From Lingula anatina (lineage: Eukaryota; Animalia; Brachiopoda), in the NCBI GenBank assembly GCA_051362555.1, contig CM120640.1, forward strand, positions 5,642,001-5,706,000: a DNA stretch of 64,000 nt, written 5' to 3'. The notes under the pieces were generated by a model, which saw nothing but the letters and a program-made list of their open reading frames with translations, ran no database searches and was not told where the DNA came from. A program made the translations under genes and the position numbers. The number at the start of each line of letters is the position of its first letter. Position 1 is the first letter of the stretch. Of this stretch, positions 1 through 29,345 are shown in pieces.

Positions 1-107
1 TGTACAGACTCATAATAACAGTATATTCATTGGATATCTTGGATATGCTGTGTACATATTTTATCACATTTTAGTTTCTCTGAACAGGAACAGCTATAAT
101 AGCATAC

Positions 108-16279
<16,172 letters not shown>

Positions 16280-17276
16280 GCTTGTGGCCCTGTTATCTCA
16301 GTTTTACCCTGGTGTGGCAAATATTGGCAGCATCATAAATTAACCCTGTGTAAAAGTAAAAAATATATAAATCAGTCTCATTATGAACTGCACTCACATG
16401 TACTTACATTCTGTGTCAAAATCATTAGCAAAATAACCACAGGATGAAGGTTCCATAGCCAAATTTACAAAATTGCAATTAATTTCAAAATTATAAAAAA
16501 ATTCAATTTTCTTTCTGTTTTTGTCTGCAAAGGTGGTTATACTCGTACTTACTAGTACACAACTATTTAAATCAGAATGAAATAGAAAAAATAAATAGAT
16601 ATATAATTAAAATGACAAAATAAAGCAATGATTGATGTCAATCCTGAGAACAATATTACTTGTGAGTTTCTCCTTTAGATTTATACAAACTTAGAAAAAA
16701 ATACATTAACTGTTTCTCATACATCACTACTTATAAACAAGCTAATAAACAAGCACATTAAAAAAAACACACACATGTCAAAGTAGCATAAGTGTGTACA
16801 GCAATCACCATATTCATATATACTGTCATCTAGCCATCATATACCACTGCCAGAAGGTTCATAGGTGTAACCTCCTATACAAGTATTTAATTACAGACAC
16901 CTGGTTGCTATTCAGGCAGTTATTAATTGTTATCTCTCAAGACTAGCAGTCTGTTACATAGAGGGTTGACAGTTTATTGGCAGTTTACTGGAAAAGTACA
17001 GATCTACGTGGGACTATAGGAACTAAAACATATGGTGAAAAATAATGAACATTTTTCACCATAACTAATATACACATCTATAGAAACTATTTTCTCATTC
17101 ACTGGCAGTTCAACTGATAAAAAATTACTGGGAGTGTACAATGGGTTATTTGAAGTTACTCTATCATAAACTTATATTTCATTTTAGATAAAACAAATAA
17201 ATAATAATAATACTATGACTTGAGCTGAATCACGTTTTTGGTAAAAATTGTGATTAACAGGCAGTACCATGCCTTT

Positions 17277-17304
17277 ACCCTCCTTCCCCCTCCTTCCCCC
17301 CCCC

Positions 17305-17343
<39 letters not shown>
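17277..17343. repeat. Poly-C tract (poly-G on the transcribed strand)
   Basis: C-rich run ending in a pure C homopolymer longer than 30 nt. Confidence 0.95.
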
Positions 17344-17345
<2 letters not shown>

Positions 17346-17799
17346 CCACCCACTCACATACTCCCAAATGTTAACTCTGTTTGCATGGTTGACTTTCATG
17401 TATCAATACGAGATGTGGGACATTACCAAAAGGTGCTCAGGAGCTGTCCTGCCTGATGTGGTACGATTGACAACTATGCAACCATCCAATATTTTACAAG
17501 GATCTCCCTACTGTTACATGTCTACAGTAGCAGTGAGGTTTTCATTAAATTTTGCCTCTTCAATTACCAGAAGTCACACAGAACTTGCAAATATTACTCC
17601 AAAGCTTAAATTGCTATGTATTTTGCAGTGTAAACTGCAACTGTACGACTTACATTTATCCAAACCAACAGTAAAAGAGTAACTAACTTATTAATTATAA
17701 GTAAGGCATGGTATCCAGATATCCAACTTGTGTAACTTAAAAGTTACGATTACTTTATTTTCTTATAATTTATTTTAAGGCTGGTTACTTTTAAATATA

Positions 17800-18400
17800 G
17801 GCAGATACGTGTGTCCAGAACTACTTCTGACGAATATCTCGGCACATCCGGCTACAAACTCAGGTCACAGAGAGTCGCTCCTGCCGAGCTGCTCAGGAAT
17901 TTGACAATCCCTTTAGGCTTTACAGAAATCCATGGGCTTTACCATTTGCTTCAAATATTCTAGAAATTCCTATCTTAATGTATCCATAAATGAGTACAAA
18001 AAATTAAATCAAATTATACATACCTGTTTTCCTTTTTCAAAGTGTTCCAGAGAACACCTAAATTGGGCTACATGTTTATTAAATCTCCAGGCGAAGTTTG
18101 AAGTTCGCACCTGTCTGATTGTTTATGCTACGCTGACACACAGACAGAATTGTACCCCGCTAGGTAGCGTTGAGCAAGACGGGCCAAACAGGAGACTCGT
18201 GATTTTCATGATTATTTACGTTATTATTTTTTCTTCCCATCAGAAAACCAGAAATTATTTTGAAGTAAAAAAGCCATCCCATTATGCTGGTAGAAAAATG
18301 CAAGGTCGTTTACACTGTAAAACATTTTCTTATGCTTTCACCTTTGGAAACGTGTTGCGTGCTCAACAAGCCTAAAATCTAATCGTTAGTACATATGTAT
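17800..18400 (-). promoter_or_regulatory. Probable KNDC1 promoter and non-coding first exon
   Basis: CpG dinucleotides reappear abruptly here; strong minus-strand donor CAG|GTATGT at about 18023, upstream of the acceptor at 16346. Confidence 0.45.
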
Positions 18401-18483
18401 AGCATATGTTAATGCAACTGAGAAATGTTTACCGCTCTCCAGTTTTATTAGTTTTGCTGTGAAAACAGGTTTTCTGGTCAAGT

Positions 18484-18484
<1 letters not shown>

Positions 18485-18514
<30 letters not shown>

Positions 18515-18550
18515 CATTATTATCGTTATTATTATTATTATTATTATTTA
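18485..18550. repeat. (TAT)n microsatellite
   Basis: Visible directly in the sequence. Confidence 0.9.
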
Positions 18551-19163
18551 ATTCACAATAAACGAATTTTTAACAAGCATTTCTTTCAAGGACAAGGCGT
18601 CTTTGGTGTTAAATGTATTTAGGCTGGTACAAGATCGTATATTATAAAATTAAAGGGCAGATGAAAAGCTTTATAACAGAATAAATAAATCCGGCTTGGA
18701 ATCCGAAAGATCTTTATATTTTGCCGTTTGAGAGCAGAATACAATTGAAAAATATTTAAGGAAAAGCATTGCATCCTTAAATTTATTCGCCAGTTGAGAG
18801 AATATGTAATGATATTTCCCTTTCCCAATAATTATTTCAAGCATATTTTCTTCCCAAGAATTATTTGAGTACTCAGGTGCCATGCAATACTATGTCACAC
18901 GCCTTGTACATGTAGCCTATAAGGTGACGTGGAGATTATGTGTGTGTTTATAAAGATGCTACAATATAACCAAGAGAAGTAATGGAGATTCCACACGCTC
19001 CTAGACGTCAAAGGATGTGTTTATTATGCCTTTAATAACAAATGAGTTCAATTACATTCGTTTTTTTCCATAAAACTCGACAAAAAGAAGATAAATCAAG
19101 TGCACGTGGAATATAAATTCTGATTCCATTTTTCAGAGATGTTATATCATGTAGGTAAAAGGG

Positions 19164-20553
19164 TCAGTAATAGAGGCCTTGCCATTTCAGCAAAGCATAC
19201 ATCAAAGAGCCGACCACTTTTGCATTCAGGGAGGTTATCGTAAGGGCGGTGGTGAGGTGTGTTGCAACGTCCACGGCGTTGGCGGGCTGAAAACGCAACA
19301 GTTTCTCCCCAAGGCCTGGGATCATGTCATCGAAGCTATGAGCGATGCTTGGTACTTTTATGACATGCCAAATACCCATCAACAGATGTAGCTGGCTGTG
19401 ATAGAGGAAAAATAGAATCCAGTGCAACTGCAATATGGATAAATAAAATGATCAATAATTTAATACGTTTAAACCGGTATTTCATCATATCATGATTAGA
19501 TTTCATGTACTTAAGACCCTTAAAATGCATTTATTTTTTAATTCTTTAAAGAAGCAAACAAGAAGGCACTCACCACCGAGATCTAGAGTCACAACTTACT
19601 TAGACTGATTAAACACAATTATATAGTTTTAGTGCACTCTCAACTAGCAAAGCACTCAGAGAGCGCAGACTTCCGCCAAGGCAGCTGAATTATCATTATT
19701 TTTAACTGTAAATAAATAAATTAATTTATCAACTCAATTATATTTTTAGTTGTTTATTGATCAACTGATTTATTAGATAAATTATAATCATTATTTATTA
19801 CTAACTATTATTTATTACTAAATAATTTATCAATTGATTAGTCAATTAATTCACTAATTAATCATCAACAAAATCTAGCCCATTTCTTACTTATCCTAAA
19901 AAGTTCATCAAATGCCTCCATAACTTTTTTGTATAATTTTGCTAACAGACAAATTAATCAATCAAAATTAAATAATTGGCAAATTAAAATTAATCAATTA
20001 ATGTATCACCACCAAAATCTAGCCATTTATAACCTGGTCCCCTTTCATCAAAAGCCGTCAACTTTTTCCATATTGTTGCTAACAGACAAACGAGCTAACA
20101 GAACCAAAAACATTACCTCCTTCGCAGAGGTAAAATATAACACATTGACAGAGTGACGGACAGTGGACCTCTATCTATTTACTATTAGAAGGTACGTGAA
20201 CTTTCGAGAGGCTCTCATAAAATTTCAGGGATGGTTTCTTTCTTTTTAATACAGGCAATGCACTTTTTGTCAGTTTAGACTAAAATGTATAAATTTGTAT
20301 TAATTTTGATTGTTAATTTGTACCAGTGCAAGCGACCTAGCGTAAATGTGGTGACAGACTAAGTTTTTACCATCAAATCAGCCCATCGAATACACGCCAA
20401 ATGCCACATATCAAGTCTCCAGGGGTACTTCTCCGTGTACAAATACGCAGCATGGCCCCAAGTCACCAAGACCACCACTACGTGTAGAGCTTCCTGCAGT
20501 AGCAACTCCAGTTTTGTTTTTGTACCTATTGACGCTGCTTCCCCGAGTTTGAT
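19164..20553 (-). CDS. Small membrane-protein gene, copy A1 (exons 20371-20553 and 19164-19427); ATC where paralogues have ATG, so possibly a pseudogene
   Basis: Phase-0 GT-AG intron, open frame to TGA, homologous to B1, B2 and A2. Confidence 0.65.
19641..20134 (+). mobile_element. Non-autonomous Helentron/DINE-like element in the A1 intron
   Basis: 5' AACTAG...CTTCCGCCAAGG and 3' hairpin TTACCTCCTTCGCAGAGGTAA, with an AT-rich repetitive interior; typical architecture of this class. Confidence 0.55.
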
Positions 20554-21629
20554 CGTGTGTGTCCCTCTATCTACCTGTTGCAGGGTGAATATACTAGTTC
20601 GATGATGACACAACGTTAAGTTACATAACGGAGTAGCATGTGCGTAATAACGTTTTTCAACTAGGTGGCAAAAAATATGCCACTGGCATCTAAGACTGTG
20701 TATATCACATGTTATTTTTGTCACGTTTTAATCACGGAAGGAATTCCAAGGTTCAAGAAATACTTTTCTCGGCGCTTTCGAGATCTTTTGAAAATCTGTC
20801 TTTCATCGGTCAAACGGGTAATCGAGTCATTGGCATAAATGTAAGGTTTAAAGGGGACTTAGTATGAAAGTGATCTATAGTCATATATAACACAATGTAC
20901 AAACATCTGAAATTTAAGTAGGCTAAGCAAACTATTAGCGTTTTTTATCAGTTTTATACGAAGGTGTCAATACTTCAGTGTGACTGCATGGTGACACGTG
21001 TTCTTTTCCTGTAGCAAAGCAGACACGAGGGTCCAGTTGGGACAGGGAGAGAATTTTCACTATATTTTCTCAGATAATTCTCTGGTTAGTTCTCTGCATT
21101 TTTCTGCGCATGTCCAGCGAGACATTTCGAGAAAAAAATCACCCGCTGACCTTTCATAAAGAATATGGGTTACGAGTATCTGGAGTGTGTTAGCGAAGAT
21201 AAACATTGAAATAATAGTAGGGGGGCTACGTCAGATCAATTTTAAAAATAAGATATTAAAAGCAATAGAATCAAAGTCAATAAGTGTCATTTTCTTTGTT
21301 CGCTTTTTTATAATGACAAAATGTATTTGCAGACATCACTTTAAACATATAAAATACAGGGTTACTACTTCATATGGAATATTTTTTTATCATTGTTATT
21401 TTTGGCTTGATTCATCAAAACAGTATGTCATTGAGTGATAAAAATATCCAGTCTTCTATTGCGAGATATTTTGGTCAATAATATCAAATCTGGCATAAGA
21501 TGTCATTCAAAAGAAAAGAGCACCCCCAGAAAACCATATCAACAGTTTGAAGTCAGTATTAATTTTAAGCTAAGATATTAAAGAAAATGATAGCCTCCGG
21601 ACAGTGATATGTTACACAGTCAAAGGACT

Positions 21630-22760
21630 CATTACAGTAAATCATGAAAAGTCATCAATAGCGGTTATGACCTCAAACAGCCGCTTGCACCATCCTCATC
21701 CTACATGGCATACCCTGTGACAAGTTTTTTAGAGTTTGGATGGGGATATCATTCCACGCAGTGATATTTTACTGTCGCAGTTCACCACTATTTACCGGCC
21801 GATGACTATAGCTATTAATTCCGCCCACAGATTTTCAAGTGTGTTCATATCTGGGGAGTTTGCAGGCCAGGGCAGTTGCTGAACCCATTGGTTTCAAAGA
21901 CAAACAGTGATTCTGCGAGCTCGATGTGGGGTTGCACAGTCGTCTTGGTACTTACAAATCGAAGCATTATTTACTGTAGAATGTCTCTGTAGGAACCCTG
22001 GTTGAGGTTGCCTCCTAGAAAAACCAACTAGTTCTGGGCACCGGCATGAAATGCTGCCAAAACAGAGACGTTAACACCCCCTGCTTGCACCCTAGGCAGT
22101 ACACAATCATCGTTTTATGTCTCTCGTACACGTCGGCCACGGATTCGACCGTCAACCCTTAAAATCTACATATCTGGCCTCATCACCGAAAACGACGTGA
22201 TTCCAGTGTTTTGGCTGCAAACGCACGTGGTCCCCAGCCCATTGCAGACGTCGCTGGATATGACCTGCTGTTAACAGTTGTTTCCCTACTGGTCTTCGTG
22301 CAAAATAACCGGCTTGCAGTAATCTCTTGTACACGAGGGACCTTGAAACAGGCATTTGAATGACATTCTGCCACTCTTTAATGAGGACACTGCTTGTCTT
22401 TGTACGACCAGCACGGAGCACTCTGTCTTCTTGGTGTGATACGCGGACACCCTGGTCGAGGCATTGGAGTAGGTGGCCCTGTTATAGCATTTCTTTGAAG
22501 GACTTCACTAATGGTTCCTGATAAATGTTGCATTACCTGGCAATGGCTCTCCGTTTCTGGCCATTTTTCTCTGAGAGCAAGAATCCCATAGTAAGCTGCG
22601 TTGCTTAGCTGTCGAACCATATCTTCTCTAAGGTACCCCTCAAGTTTCGGAGCGATCCCTTTGTTGCTTCTCTAAACACACTCCAAAGATTGGCCAAACC
22701 TATGCGTTTTTATACAAGGTCAGAAATTGCCGAAAAGACCACCCCTCACATTTCTGACCA
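21630..22760 (-). mobile_element. Degenerate Tc1/mariner transposon
   Basis: Transposase relics GRP-like HTH (PRPGCPRIT), QRRLQWA...WNHVVFGDEAR, QDDCATPHRAR and WPANSPDMNTLENLW, with frameshifts and stops; absent from the duplicated copy near 35.3 kb. Confidence 0.9.
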
Positions 22761-23570
22761 CAGAACATGCAACTGTATACATCAATTGTTTCAAGAGTTG
22801 TGTAGTAATTAGGTAACACACCTGGCTACACATGGAGCGGCACCTCAGTTTTGGATTTAAAGTAGTAAGAGAGCCAAAAATAATATTCCATATAAAGTAG
22901 TAACCCTGTAATTTCACTCCTTACTAGATTTAAAAGACATCTGAACACTAATGATCAAAAGTTAATAAACACGTTTTTATTTTTCCCAACTTTCTCAAAA
23001 TACAAGCCTTTTCTTAATTTATAATCATCATTACTAAAATATATTGAATGGTGTATTTTCTTAATATAAAGATCCAACATGCATGGGATACTAAAGTATA
23101 TAAAAGAAAATCGCACAACACCGAAACTTCAAATGGGCTTCATGACCTCGACGCTGAGATCTTAAAAATTCAAGGTGTTGCTTATTGTACCCTATTGTCA
23201 AAATCATTGCTTTTTACAAAAATAAATAAATTTATAAAAATTTCAAATTACAGACATTAGAATTAAGCACAATATTATGACTTAACTTTTAAATAACCAC
23301 TTAAAGAACTTAGTTTGTGAAAGTAAATTAAAACACTTTATTAAAACTTTCTTTAAGAATGCAAATTTACAATAAAGTTATAAAAAAGCTCACGTTATCG
23401 TTTTCAGGCATATGTCTCAAAAGGGCGGCTCTCATACCTAAATGCATCCGTACAATCGTTAAAAGTACATCTCTTTTAAAATCTTATAATTATATATAAA
23501 TCGAAAAATGCAAAAATCACGAAAACCCCATCCGGCATCTCATATATGTTATATCATGTAGCTAAAACGG

Positions 23571-24605
23571 TCAGTAATAAAAACCATGCCATTTCAGCAA
23601 GGCATACAGCAAGAAGCCGACCACTTTCGAGTTCAGGGAGGTTGATGTCAAAGCAGTGGATACGTATGAAGTTGTGTCCAGAGCGTTGCATGGGGTAAAA
23701 TACAACAGTTTTTCTCCAATGCCCGGGATTGCATCATCAAAGCTATAAATCAGGCTCGGTAACTTCATGATATGCCAAATACCCATGAACAGATGTAGCC
23801 GGCTGCGATAGAGACAACCTGATGCCCAGTGCATCTGAAAAAGTAATTGGAATAATCATATATATACAAATCGATAAAACGCTTAGTCATTGACTGTACC
23901 CGGTACTTACTAAATATATGGGGGTGCCTTAGATCAATTTATCTAAAAGACACAAATATATACCTGACACTGATGCAAGAGCACAGTGTAGACAAGACCG
24001 ACTGCTGTCAGAACATTTATCACAATGCTCTAATACCTTCTTTACATGTAATACTTCCTCCCACAAGCAACTAGAAGGTAAATGTATCTGGGTTTATTGG
24101 ACTACTATAGGCCTATATATCAATTTATCCTAAACTGAGGAAGATAAAAAAAATTGTGGACTAAAATTTAAGACCAGTTTTCGATTTTATTCGTCTTTTC
24201 TTCCTTCCTTTCTTTTCTTTTTTTTCCAGAGCACACCTTTAGGTGTTCCAAAAATGGACATGAATGTACCATGCTGGCGAACCCCGCTCATTTCATTCGC
24301 AATAAATAGTTATATAAATAGGAGAATGTTTAAAAATCAATTTATGTTGTAAATACTATACAAAAGTGATCTTCTTATGTACACTGTTATAAGAATACCA
24401 ATGTAGAATCCTTTACCGTTATGTCAATCCATCGAATGAAGGCCAAATGCCAATTCTTCTCAAGTCCCCACGGGTATTCCTCTTCCGTGTAGAGATATAC
24501 AACGTGCCCCCAGGCCACAATCACCACAACTACATGTAAAATTTCTCTCAGCAGTACCTCCAGTGATGTCTTGGAACATATTGGCAGTGCTAACATGGAA
24601 TTCAT
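23571..24605 (-). CDS. Small membrane-protein gene, copy B1 (exons 24417-24605 and 23571-23834; 150 aa), unknown family
   Basis: ATG (MNSMLALP...), phase-0 intron ACG|GTAAAG...TTTCAG|ATG, intact frame, several hydrophobic segments. Confidence 0.8.
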
Positions 24606-24693
24606 CTTTTTCACTCAAGGCTCTTGCATAACCGCGTTCACTCGAAGAACAACTAATCAAATGGATTGCCGCCCAACACTAACCGGTAAATTA

Positions 24694-24857
24694 TGTTGCA
24701 TATTGTAAAGGTAATTAACATAATTAACATATCTCCCACAATGCATTGTCCCTTCTCTACCGGTTAGCCAACATGCCCATATGTGGCTGGATGTTATGTA
24801 ATAAATGAGTAAACATAAAGTAAACATAAGTTACATAACAAACAGAAAACTACGACA
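24694..24857 (+). mobile_element. 5' LTR of a Gypsy retrotransposon, followed by PBS TGGTGTCAGAA (24858-24868)
   Basis: TG...CA termini; PBS complementary to the tRNA-Leu 3' end; homology to the duplicate segment stops exactly at its start. Confidence 0.8.
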
Positions 24858-26399
24858 TGGTGTCAGAATCGGGATCTACATTGGATGTAGTATAATTTGG
24901 AGATTGGATGACCCACGAACTACAAGATGAAAAAGGAATTTGAATCACTAAAAAAAAAAAAAAAAAAAAAAAGAAAGAAAAAAAATGGAACACATGTATG
25001 GGATACAGCCGCCTCACATGGACTTGGAATCCATGGACTTACCGCGTACGTTCAAACTTTTTAAGGAAAAGTGTGAATTGATATTTGAAGGAGCTTTAGA
25101 TGCTGTGTCAGAAGAAAGACAAGTGAAATTTCTTCTCCTTTGGATTGGAGAAAAAGGTCGCGAAATTGTGAAAACTTTTAACATTGATGATCCAGACGTG
25201 TTGACAAAAGTTGGAAGAATAGGCCTACACGAAGCCCAAGAGTAACTTTCGAATTCAGAGTTTTAAAGGACAATAGACACATAAAAATCCATTTCTCGAA
25301 TTTTGAAGATTCAGCACTCAATCTATACGCTAGAGGTATGTTTTAATGTATTCCCGCCATTTAAAAATTATAAAAACAATCTATTAGTAGAAAAAAAGCG
25401 TTTTAGTAAACCTCACCTCAATATGCATAAATGAAGCAACAGATCTGGGTCACGTGGTACTGCGACGACAATGAGGATAAAGGTCTATGAGACTTAACTG
25501 AGCTGCATACAGACAGAATAGTTTAGGAAAGTTGTGTTGAACGGAGTTGAGCAATTTTCGTTATGTGTGTTGCCGTGGGATTCACCAAAATTGCAGCTCG
25601 CCTTGACAATTCTTTCTTTGCCTGTGACGGTCTTCCGTGACTTATTTACTAACGTAGGTGACAATAGTTGCGATGCTCGAGATCTCGGTCACCTCAAGTG
25701 TTTTAGATCATATGAAAAGCTGATAGTCTTTTAGATTAACTGTCATCAGTTGGCAAGCTTACTAATTGCTGATGCATTTTAAATGCATTGTAGTTGACCA
25801 AGAGCTCGTTAACAATAAAACCTGTTAATTATGCACCGCTGCAATTCCCAAGCCAGGTAATAACAGGTATCAAACTCGTCTTGGTGGGCTTTCATATTTT
25901 TCAATATATCTCATTTATTTCATGGGATTATTTAATTGGTATTTGTAAATGACGTTAAATATCAATATTTAAACAATTAAGTTCAAACACAGTCGCGAAC
26001 ATTAATAAAAGAAATTGTTCTCAGGGTATGTTGAAGCATGCGTATGCCCAGGCATTACTTCTGTGGAAGAAAACGTGTTGAGGAAAAACAGGAAAAAGGG
26101 CGGTATAATAAAGAAATAATGGGAACTGCTGTAATAAAATGGTTCGTAATCCTAATTCGTTTATGCTTTGAGGATTTGTTTCTGAAGGTTATTTCATCTG
26201 AAATATTAAATAATTTAAAAGATTTATAATTTTATAACTTGAAACGCAAGTTCTGCGTCTGTATGCAAAACTTTTTGCAAATTTGTAAGCTTTGTCAAAC
26301 CCAAAAACATGTAGCAGATCAAGGTAAAAGAGCATTGTTTGCTACTAGTAGCATGGAAAAAATCATAATTTAATGTGTTTACTAAATGTGCAGTTTTAC

Positions 26400-26910
26400 G
26401 TAAGTTAGTACATTTTAAATTATACATGGAGATTTAACTTGGTAAGGGATATAAGAAAGCCACAAATGGATTTTTTAAAAAGAATGTTGGGTGTAAAAAA
26501 GAGCACTACTAATAAATTAGTTCATTGTATATAACTTAGTATATTATGAAAAACGGGAGATACCCAATTCATTTAAGTATGAAGCTGCAATTATTTTAAT
26601 ATTGATTTAAATCCCCTCTTCGAAAAATTGTATTATAGCACCGTGCTATAAAGATCTACTCAAGAAAAAAATTTGCTTGGGTAAAATTGAGTACGGAATG
26701 AACTGGAGACACTTGGCTTGTCATTAAGATAACTTTATACTGTCCTTGAAAGAGTAAAGATTGAAAGATAATTTAAGACAAACTTTGACGGGGAAAAATA
26801 TCCACAAAGAGTAAAGGGCTATTGCGCCAACATCTTGTTGAAAGGTTTACACTGCAATTCTGTTTAAATAAGCTTAGGAACTAATTGCCAAATTTAGACT
26901 TTCATCATAT
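26400..26910 (+). mobile_element. Degraded LINE 3' fragment (L2/CR1 group)
   Basis: Relic peptides FLKRMLGVKKSTTN, GRYP and LIAKFRLSS, typical of the region after RT. Confidence 0.6.
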
Positions 26911-28410
26911 AACAGGGGCGTAACCAGACCTGCAAAAATTGTACGCACAGATTTTAAAAAATTACAAGCGCGTACAACAAAATGTAGACTAACGCAAAAC
27001 ATAAAGGACAGCGTAATCGCAGCAAATGTACCTCATATAGTAGCTTAATTTCCATTAATAATAAAATCATCATTTAAGTCAAAAATATTCTCGCGATTTA
27101 ATAAATATTCTAATTTACCCAGAACGGTATATTTATTTAAAAGGAGGCTAACTGAAATATAGTTTTATTATTTGTTTGTGAAAATTGCCCATGTCACCCT
27201 GTTAGTTTGGAGGTCTAAGCTGGATCAAGTCCGTGTTAAAATTCTTATGAAGCTGTGCAGGAAAAATTCTTCCTTTGTTTCTCTAGCTCCTTGATAAACC
27301 TGGTGTTCAGATTTTATCTAGTACCCTCAGGTCTGCGGGAGCTGCTCTTTGAAACTAACGCCCAGGTAGATTTTTACCAGAGATAAATATCGCCAGCGAG
27401 AGTGCGTTCGATACTCGCAAGACATAGGCTAGAGGAGAATTGAATGCCATTTAACCCTCTAATTAAGAGGTAAAGGAAGTTCCAGTTAGATGGATGATTA
27501 AGATAGGACTTGTAAAGGTAACAGGCATTGTTTTCCTCAGTTTAATAAAAGTATGCAAGACGGGGTGTCAGCGGTTTAATTAAATAAATTGAATTTCACA
27601 AATAACATGGACCTCATATGCAATAATCAACAGTACCCTTAAGTCATTCAAATGCAGTGTTTTAGACAACTTGGGATAACCATAATTAAATGCTTGTTAA
27701 ATAATTGAATAGACGGGAAATGGTTTTACACAGCTTCACGAGGATTTAGAACCCTCGGGTAAGAGATTTGAATGAGTATAAACTTTTATCAGAAGCCAGA
27801 AAAGTCATCTTACAGTTTAGTTAGACAATGCAGTTCAGTTTGACAGCTAAGCACGCTCTGTTCTCCAGTGGCACGATTGTCGTCATCGGACCACGTGACC
27901 ACGTAGCTCATTAACTCCCCCCAGATAGCAATGAGCGGTCGGGCCGACGTCGGCATTGGTCGGCACGGTCGCGGTCGGCAGGCGTTGTCGGGCCGACGTC
28001 GGGCCACTACTAGTGACCCGACGTCGGGCCGACGACTGCTTCACGCCGTTGGCCCGACGTCGGTATAACGGTGGCTCATCAGCTGTGCGTCGGGCCAATA
28101 CTGGTGACCCGACGTCGGGCCGACGACTGCTTCACGCCGTCGGCCCGACGTCGGTATAACGGTGGCTCACCAGCTGTGCTCGATTTGCACTAAGCGGCCA
28201 ATTTCAAATCGAGGTCACCCACACTAAGCGGCCATAGATCGTTGCAAGTGCACTTGACGGTTATTTCATATTTTCCGTATTTTGCACCAAATTGTTAGGT
28301 AAGTATTTACTTTAAAGTGTTTATGTTTTTCGTACTATAGGTGGAGGTTTATTTGTTGTAGATGAATTAACGAAAACAAGCAAATCTGTCAATAATTTGT
28401 TAGTCGTAGC

Positions 28411-29345
28411 CACGCTCGGCTGTCACCTTGATTGGATAGTAAACGATTGTCGTAAAATCGCTAAATGATATTAAAACCGGGTGCATAAACTTGAAAACCA
28501 CCTACAACAACCTTGGACTACCACATTAATCCAATACAATGCAAACATAAACTATAACAAGTGGTTAAAGCCTTCAAACCGAATGTCGTAAAGTCCCCAT
28601 ATACCTCCATAGAGACAATAAAATAGAATGAGCTTGTGAAACAAGAAAAATCCAGTTCCAACATAATAATCGAAATAAAATACTGCCGGGCATCGGAGCC
28701 CCCTAAAACTTGGCACGCTTACCGCTAATACTGCAGGCTACATCATCCCGTCGCTCGTTTGTAAATTCCGTGCATGGCATACGCACAATCAAACCGTAAA
28801 AAACAAATTCTCGGGGTGTCGTTGGCCAGGTCCACTCTAACCTACCATTACGAAAAAGAAGCCATGCCATTGGACAATGCGACCTCTGCGGTTACGTCAT
28901 TTCCTGAATTGGATTGTTGAGTGGACCTAGCCAACGACACCCCGAGAATTTGTTTTTTACAGTTTGATTGTGCGTATGCCATGCACGGAATTTACAAACG
29001 AGCGACGGGATGATGTAGCCTGCAGTATTAGCGGTAAGCGTGCCAAGTTTTAGGCCGCTCCGATGCCCGGCAGTATTTTATTTCGATTATTATGTTGGAA
29101 CTGGATTTATCTTGTTTCAGAAGCTTACTATATTTTATTGTCTCTATGGAGGTATATGGGGACTTTACAACATTCGGTTTAAAGGCTTTAACCACTTGTT
29201 ATAGTTCATGTTTGCATTGTATTGGATTAATGTGGTAGTCCAAGGTTGTTGTAGGTGGTTTTCAAGTTTATGCACCCGGTTTTAATATCATTTAGCGATT
29301 TTACGACAATCGTTTACTATCCAATCAAGGTGACAGCCGAGCGTG
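28411..29345. mobile_element. Fold-back MITE with ~430-bp inverted arms and 8-bp TSD GTCGTAGC
   Basis: Arms at about 28411-28836 and 28920-29345 are near-perfect reverse complements; GTCGTAGC occurs at 28403-28410 and 29346-29353. Confidence 0.92.

Noticed and set aside
17184-17682. Poly-Gly and poly-Pro ORFs resembling formin or WASP segments
   Set aside because: They arise from the poly-C tract; no splice or domain support.
27190-27860. Possible degraded non-LTR retrotransposon fragment on the minus strand
   Set aside because: Looks coding-like, but I could not recover a diagnostic motif.
27810-28159. Arg/Pro-rich ORFs and CRISPR-like repeated palindromes (also 31572-32100)
   Set aside because: Subterminal repeats of a DNA transposon in a eukaryotic genome; no regular repeat-spacer period and no cas genes.
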